Source: Octopus sinensis | Lineage: Eukaryota | NCBI RefSeq assembly: GCF_006345805.1 | Contig: NC_042997.1 | Span: 149,296,001-149,360,000, forward strand | Length of the DNA: 64,000 nt | Direction of reading: 5' to 3' | Shown: positions 55,589 through 64,000 of the stretch, piece after piece | How the letters are laid out: every line of letters starts with the position of its first letter | Numbering within the stretch: the first letter of the stretch is position 1 | The notes under the pieces: generated by a model | What the model saw: only the letters and a program-made list of their open reading frames with translations | Databases searched by the model: none | Told to the model about the DNA's origin: nothing | Translations under genes and position numbers: made by a program

Positions 55589-58500
55589 GCGGTTGATAAT
55601 TTTAATTGAAAGCAGAAATATATATCTTTTTGTTCGCTTATTTATATGTGACTTATGACTTTCAGCCTTTTGCTTTCACACGTAATGTTCATTCTTTCCT
55701 TCAATGGCTGTTCAAAAACTTTCGTTCTGCTAATACTAATAATAATGTTTCTGCTAAAGGTCATTACAACATTGTTGTTGTAATGTTATAGGTCTTTTTT
55801 TTTTCTTATTGTTGTTGCCAATGTTATATATATTACAACGAATTACTATTGATTTCTTCAGCCAGTGTGCAAATTAGCTATCTACAAAATATGGAAATTA
55901 TTTATATCAACCACTACTTCCCAAAGAAAAGCATAAAAATAATGAAATCGACTATAATACGGGTATAAAACAAAAAAAAAGCAAAAAAAAAAAATAAGCA
56001 GACGATATAAATATTCCTTATTGTAGGTAAACAAACAATAGGATGTAAATATTTCAAATATTTATGAAACAATAAATAAGGCTGAGTTACTATCAAGATG
56101 GAAGTGGTTCATATGTACATCTGTATATCTATGTATGTGTGCTTTTACGTTGTATACGTTTCCATATACATGTGAGGATATAAAGACAGACATATGTATG
56201 TGTAAGTAAAGTTCTTCATTAAAGGAATATATATATTATACAAAAATGTCTCGTCTTCGCCAACTAAGCTAATAGCTACTTACACAGCTACTAGTCATAA
56301 TCAAAAGTATAAAACAGCCCTAGATTCGGGTATGACGTACACCTTTCATAGATATAATTCTGCCGATCATGAGACACCTAGTGCACAAAAAGATTAGGGT
56401 TGCCTCATGCGGATGCACATGACTTTAACACACGGACGCAGCAAAAATTCCTTTACCTTACAACCTGATCATCATCACCCAAACACTCTGTACGCTTTAT
56501 ATACTTTTTTTTATATATATTCTGAATGTATTAGGCCCTCGCGTTTAGCTGCTGAAGTTGGATACCCGTCAGCAGCTTCCAGCTCTATTTGAACTCAGAC
56601 AACGAAGAATCGAGCCAGCTTTCTATGTATCACTACACTACGCTGTTAAGGCTAATATTGCATTGTGCTTTTTCATTTCCAGAGTCAAATATCTGACACT
56701 ATGTATCTTTAATAAAAACATATGTTAAGAGAAAGAAGTGAGAGATCGTGAAACAGGTATCCTAAAAAAAACTGGTGTAACCTGAATGTATGCATATGTG
56801 TGTAAGTGTGTGTGTGGATGTGCGTGCGTGTTTGTATGTGTGTGTATATCTATCTATCTAATTGTTTATCTATCCATCAGTCTATTTCTCTATATATGTA
56901 TGTACACACACACACACACAAATATATATATATATATGCATATATACACCTTGATACATACATACATATATACATATATAAACACACACAGACACATACA
57001 CACATACACGTATATATATATATAATATATATATATGTATGTATGTATATATGTATATATGTATATGTGTGTGCATAAATATATAAATGCATATATATCG
57101 TTTTGGCTTAACAGCCCTCATCGTTTGTTTTTACCGTGTCCTGTCTTTTACTTTTTCTACTTGTATTGTCTTTACTGTCTTGTTTTGTTTTTACTGTCCT
57201 GTTTTTGTTACTCCTTTTACCCTCCACAAAAGGTCTAATGTTTTATCTAATTTGCTTTGCGGGAAGGACTGTTTCAAAGAAGTCGCGTCTTGTCCTTATC
57301 TTCCAAATGGCGGAGTAGACGAAACAGGGACAACTGAAGAAGGGGAATATTTATATATACTAGATTATGCAGGTGACATCACGCACAAACGGCTCCTTTC
57401 CCCCAGAAAAGCCTATATTTGGCTGCTATTTCTTCCACACTCTGCTATCATGTGACAGGTATTTCGGGTACTTTATCACAACTAGCTGTTGCGCGGTAGC
57501 AGGTCATGCTTGAAATAACGGCCAAATCTTTGGAGGTGAGATACGTTAAATGCACTCGAAAGAAACCTATGGAAAAAAACTATTTCATACCGAGGTTACC
57601 AACGGGTCTTTCACGAAATATTTACCGTATTTTTAAATTTAGAATTTTAGAGTTTCTTCGTTTTCAGGGTTAAGATACTTACGGATTATTTTCCACTATG
57701 CACCGTTTTGGGTATTTATATCCCCAGAATATCTCGATAAATATTTGTCCGATTTAAGCGAAGCTTTTTTTATTCCATTCATCTTCATATTTCAGGGTCT
57801 CTTTTAATGAATTATATATACATATATATATATATAAATGTGTGTGATTCTTTTGGGGATAGATCATAGATCCATAACTATGTATTGAAAATAAGAATGC
57901 TTCATATTGTCTTTTATCAAAGTTTTTTCTTTCTGTTTTTCTATATAACAACACTCAATTTGTTTACTCGATCATTAACTATTTTACGCTTTTATGTTTC
58001 GCCATGTATTGGGAGTGACTAACCATCACTTCGCGACAGAAAATAACAGTGTTCATTTACTTGAAATTCTCGCCAGAAATTGAACTCCTGAAATAAAGTT
58101 TAACACGGCATTTCTCATGTGATTAGTTTAGTTTGTCAATCGTCTTTATCCGGTTTTTTTATTTATTATTTTCATTATATTACTATGGATTTCAGTATGG
58201 TTTCTATCATTAATAAATTATTCTCGCGGGACTCTTTGTATTACTAATCACTGATTACAATGTCTTTCCCTCTCTGGTTTTGTAATAACGTTTGTATGGT
58301 GATGTATTGCATTACACATTATTGCAAGTACATAGTGAGCTGGTTGAAGAGTATCGTAACTCGTATTGTCGATATAATGTTTCAGTCGTGAAGTATACAA
58401 CATTCACTGATGTAATCAAGAAATACACAAAATATACAAAACTACAAATGTTTTAGTAACTATACACACATACATACACGCACGCTCACACACAAACACA

Positions 58501-59386
58501 CACACACACACACACATACACACAGACGTATACTCTTTCTCACACACACATACACACACACGAACATCAATAAGCAGTGTAGATATAAAGGCATAAAGGA
58601 CAGCCGTACAAAAGCCATTGCATACATACAAAAGATAAACATTTGAAAGTAAATCACAAGCATGTACAATATATCCATGTATGCATAAGTAAATGTATGT
58701 AAGTACATAAGTATCGAATGTATATGTACATATATGACTGTGTGTGTGTGTATGTGTCGTTTGTGTATACGTGTGTGTGCGCGTATGTTGCTTTAACCGT
58801 ATTTCCTTTAATATGTATATTTTCTGTGATTTATAACTTGAAAAGTTTGCCCTTTCTCTGTGTGCAATGGATTCTGCACTCCTGTTCTCTATTTGTTTAT
58901 CCTTTTAAGTTTACGCTGCTTGTTGATGTTCTTGTGTGATTCTGTGTCTGTTTCTGTTTGTGTGTGCATGAATTTTACACATGTTGGTATGTGCAACTGT
59001 ATGATCAGAGAAGTTTGTTTTCATATTTTTCATAAACAAAATGATAAGAAAACTAATGAAATATTTACTTATACAGTAGCAGTATTATATAAAAAAAATA
59101 TCTATTCCCCCCGCCTCTTCATAATGTACAAATAGATAAAGCTCTTAACACAGACTCACAGAAAACATTGAAAATAATACTAAATATATGAGAAAATATT
59201 TCAAAAAGCAACGAGAGGAATTAATCTACAAAAATGTTCCGTAGCAGTATTAGGTGAGTTAAATAAGTTGTTTATTTGTTTCTTAAATTTTGATGTTTCT
59301 ACTGATACATTACGGCAGTACATAGAAATTGATATTGTGCAGATTCTTTCAAACTAACGCGCACAACTGTGCCTGTACGCCACTCG

Positions 59387-59504
<118 letters not shown>

Positions 59505-59533
59505 ATATTTATGTATGTATGTGTGTGTGTGTA

Positions 59534-59670
59534 CAGGCGTGGCTGTGTGGTAACAAGCTTGCTTCCAAACGACATGCTTCCGGGTTCACTTTCACTGCAT
59601 GGCACCTTGGGCAGATGTGTTCTACCAAAGTCTTTTGAGCGGATTTGGAAACTGAAAGAATACCGTCGTA
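59534..59670 (+). mobile_element. SINE family 1, 5' half
   Basis: caggcgtggctgtgtggtaa (A-box) ... ccgggttcact (B-box-like) ... ggaaactgaaagaa. Confidence 0.85.
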
Positions 59671-59683
59671 TACATACATATAT

Positions 59684-59739
<56 letters not shown>

Positions 59740-59754
59740 GTAAAAAAAATACAA

Positions 59755-60050
59755 ACTGGGACAAGAACGCAAAACATTTAGAAGACGATATAAAAATACG
59801 GACGGGACATTCGAAGCCTTCAATCTTCAGTCAAGAACCGGATCATCCTCGCAATTTCGGCTGATTCATCTTGAGATCGCTCCGATCCGGCCAGGCCCAA
59901 GGAAAAACTAAGCTACGAGCATTAGATTTCTTGGAAAAAGGATCGAATATATACGAAACAAGGACAGAAAAAGGGACGATGCCACACGAATAGAAATACA
60001 AAAAAACAATAATAGTAATAACAGGACAAAAACAGCGGGTGTCTTACGAC
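59755..60050 (-). repeat. Unclassified dispersed repeat, second copy of 28330-28595
   Basis: Shared blocks include tgtcctgttatt and cagccgaaatt...gactgaaga...cttcgaatg. Confidence 0.55.
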
Positions 60051-62075
60051 TATAGACAGTACAACTTACCTTAGCTGTCGTATTTGGAAAAAAATGCCTT
60101 TTTCGGCAGACGAAGAAAACGATTTTCTCGTGGCGGTGGTCAGAAGCCGAAAGGCTGGTTGACCAGCGGTCACGTGAGAGGAGAAGAGAGTGAGAGAGAG
60201 AGAGAGAGAGAGAGAAAGAGACAGATCAAAGTGGAGTGCAAAGTGTGAAAGGCAGAGAAATGTAGGAGAGGGGGGAGAGAGAGACAGCGAAGCGTGATAG
60301 CTAGGTCAAGATTAGGCCATTTGAACGTGGCTGTGAACGTTTAAACTGACGCGCTTAAACACACACTACACAATTGTAAAAGTATTCATGTGCACACGCC
60401 AGTATACGCCCATATGTATTTATCTCTCAGTCCATATATGCAATGGTAACAAGATATTTTGCATATGTGTGTGAATGTTTGTTTGCGCGTGTGTGTATGT
60501 GTGTGCGACCTTATGTGTACATTTGTGCGTCTACTTAAACATATATGTTCTATATATATATATTCAGCTAAAAGCTATGCCTACCTATAAAGGAACATGG
60601 AATCTTTTCTCGGAAGCTGTGTGCGGTGATTGAAATAGCACATAATATTTTAAATTATTAATTACGTTATTGCGCCAAAGAACTTTCGTACTGTTAAATA
60701 ATGTATAATGATCGTTCACAATATAATCATTTTCATTTGATTGATGATTAGAATGTCGTTATATATGCGGCCGCATTGGCGTTCAAACTTATGATTGCTG
60801 CTGGAAATATATTTAAATAAATGCATAGCTGTTTGCTCAAGAAATGCTTGTTTTCTTTGTATTCCCAGTATATCGATTAACTCGCCCCCAAACAACATGT
60901 GTTTGTTCACCTCTCATATTTAAACTTCTGGCTCACATGATTCATTTTATCACAGAAACAGCGTTAAAATGCTTTGCTATAGTCTGTCATTATGTATTTG
61001 TCTGGAAGATGATTGATTACCTTATGTGTATATGTTCATGTAAATAATGTTGCTTATTCATATTTTGCAGTGGGATATATTTTGTATAATCAGTTAGTCG
61101 TCTTGCCAAAGATAGACTAGCATCAGTATTATATTTCATAGCGTCGACCTTTTCAGTTATTGAGCAACAGAGAAACTTCTCGTGACATACACTTTGTTTA
61201 CATTTAGAAAATTAACGCGTCTGGGAAATTATACATGTGCAACAGGGAATATTAATTTATTTGGCTGCTATGTTTAAAATAAAAGAGTAAAGAAAAAGAC
61301 AGGCACCCCAACATCGATTTATCATGTTTTTACCGATCATATGCTGCGCAGTGGAGTAACAATCAAATATAATTATATTTAATGATACCATTTAACGTCA
61401 AACAACATGCCAAGTAGAAACCTGTCTGTGTTGTAAACAAATTTGAAAATTCCTTTGTGTATTCGCTACGTACTTTTCTTCATATTTTAATATTTTACTT
61501 TTTCAAAAAGCTGCTTAAAATGATCTTGAATACTGGGAATACTAATGCCTACATTTGTATTCTTTCTAGAAAACGATACTAGCATGAAAGATACAGAAGA
61601 CAGGGATATCTCGGTTACGAATTCAAAATATTTTCAAAGAGTAATTGAGTCTGATACATTACTTAATAGGCATTGCACTGAAAAAAGTTCGGTAGAATTT
61701 CGTAATGAATCGAAGTTACATAATCACCATATTCTAAGAAGAAATCATCCATAGTTGAATTTTTATCTTTAACAATTAAAAATTTTTATTGCTATGAATC
61801 ACAATAAGTAAGAAACTGTTGTACGCTTAGAGAAAAAATTGTGATCGAAAAGCATTTTCAGTCACCAATTAGTTTTTGATGTTCTATGATATTACGTATT
61901 CATCTCCTACGGGTACTAACATCACACATAGATAGAAAATATTTGATTGCGTTTAAAATATGCATTCAGTAGTTAATAGTTATCTCTCAGCGCATGCGCA
62001 GCAAAGTAGTTGTGTAGGCAGAGAGGAAAAAAAGACGTAATAGACTTTCTTCAAGAGGAAACAATGAAATCTGTT

Positions 62076-62130
<55 letters not shown>

Positions 62131-62920
62131 CATACATATATATATACACGTAAACATTTGTGCGTGTGAATGAGTGTGTGTGTATTTGTGTGTAAGTGAG
62201 TGAGTGTGTGTATGTATTTGTGTGTCAGTGAGAGAGTGTGTGTGTTGTATGTGTATGTGTGAGTGAGGCTGGATCCGAACAACTAGGCCGTATTCTACTG
62301 AATAGTAGGTGCTTCATTATTTGCAGATATGTCACTCCTTGAAATCGATTAATATAGTGAACAAAAAACAATTCATAAAACAGAAGCCGTTTTCATTAGT
62401 GATTCCCATCTGACAAAAACATTCTAGTGCGCCCTTTTACGCTTCAATACGCTTTGAACAAATAGACTGTCGCAAGGAAATAAATAAACAAAAGACATCA
62501 GCACGATGTCGTATGCTTCTAGTAATCATTTACATCCTAATGTGTTGTGATTGCTATGGAGACACCAAACAATAAATACCTAACTTATTTTAATCACATA
62601 TCGATAAAAACTCATTTTATTCTGGAAAAAAAAGTATAATATATACCAGTTCACATAATTATAGCGTCTGTAAAATTGGGAAAGCCTGTTATACATAGTG
62701 AACAAAACTCGTTGATCATGTATGAAAAAAATATTAGAGCGCTTGAACATAGCTGAAATAGTTGTATATATACAGGAATAATTCTACAAATTATATAGGA
62801 AATTTAGACGGTATGCAAAATCAACAATATTATCAACCGAAGGATCTCTTACGCTTACAGACACGCACAGGCGCAAAAACTCATTGTCACAAACACACAT
62901 ACATACATGCATACACACAG

Positions 62921-62980
<60 letters not shown>

Positions 62981-63016
62981 TATATATATATTATATATAT
63001 ATATAATATATATATA

Positions 63017-63325
63017 AATAAAGAAAATGCTGACAAAATAATTTAAGTAAGGGAGAGTGTATTTAATTAGGTGAAAGTTATTTTTACCGGTTGCGTATTT
63101 GTTATGCTTATCAAAAGATATATTTTTAAGAGAGATAGGGTTCCTTTCTGATAGATTTTTTTCTCTTATCAGATAAGAGAAAAAAATCTATCAGAAAGGA
63201 ACCCTATCTCTCTTAAAATAATATCTTTTGATAAGCATAACAAATACGCAACCGGTAAAAAGAACTTTCACCTAATTAAATACACTCTCCCTTACTTAAA
63301 TTATTTTGTCTGCATTTTCTTCATT
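63017..63325. repeat. ~154-bp-arm near-perfect hairpin palindrome (1-nt loop at 63171) between (TA)n tracts
   Basis: tctcttatc-a-gataagaga centre; arms align without net indel and with about 5 mismatches; (TA)n at ~62925-63016 and 63374-63390. Confidence 0.92.
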
Positions 63326-63392
63326 TCCTTTTTTTATATATCACAACTCGTGTTCCACATCTCCTTTTTTAAATATATATATATATATATTT

Positions 63393-63797
63393 TATATTGT
63401 CTCAGCCATTTGACTGCGGCCACGCTGGTGCACCGCCTTTAGTCGAACAAATTGATACCAGAACTTGTTCTTTGTAAGCCTAGCACCTGTTCTAATGGGC
63501 TCTTTTTGCTGAAGCACTAAGTTAAGGGGACGTAAACACACCAACATATCCATAATTTTTTCGGCGGTTAGTGATATATGGTGGAAGCGATGGTGGGGGG
63601 ACAAACACAGACACACAGACATATATATATACTCGACAGGCTTCTTTCAGTTTCTGTCTACCAAAACCACTCACAAGGCTTTGGGCGCCCCACGACTATA
63701 GTACAAGATACTTGCCCAAGTTGCCACGCAGTGGAACTGAACCTAGAACCATGCGATCGGTAAGCAAGCTACTTACCACACAACCACTCATGCGCCT
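63393..63797 (-). mobile_element. SINE family 1, full-length (a further partial head follows at ~63820-63965)
   Basis: Tail catttgactgcggccacgctggtgcaccgcc, body, short microsatellite and head ggaactgaacctagaacc...cttaccacacaaccactcatgcgcctg. Confidence 0.92.
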
Positions 63798-64000
63798 GAA
63801 GGATGATGGTGTAAGCTTCATTCAGTTTCCGTCTACCAAATCCACTCACAAGGTTTTGGTCAGCTAGGGGCTATAGTAGAAGACACTCACTGAAGATGCC
63901 ACGCAGTGGGACTGAACCCAGAAACACGTGGTTGGAAGCAAGCTTCTTACCTCACAGCTACTCATCCAAAACGTATAATATATATTCATCACGGCTGATC

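Overview
This is AT-rich, microsatellite-dense animal DNA. The two tRNA-derived SINE families and the repeat landscape look like Octopus or another coleoid cephalopod (recognised from memory, not from a search). No intact protein-coding gene is supported. Almost all track ORFs are translations of (TA)n/(CA)n repeats or pieces of dead transposons: a 5'-truncated CR1-type LINE, Tx1/L1 and RTE remnants, a mariner and two DD37D elements. The main result is a retrozyme-like system of three unrelated non-coding sequences, each carrying a minimal type I hammerhead ribozyme and each sitting between (TA)n tracts. They are a ~503-bp x ~5 array (7883-10424), a ~600-bp x ~4 array (13781-16216) and a single 446-bp insert (53765-54210). 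In all three, an inverted segment lies at the 5' end relative to the ribozyme strand. This fits Penelope-type reverse transcription of multimeric or circular RNAs into TA microsatellites (inference). A fourth TA-flanked foldback (63017-63373) has similar geometry but no ribozyme.
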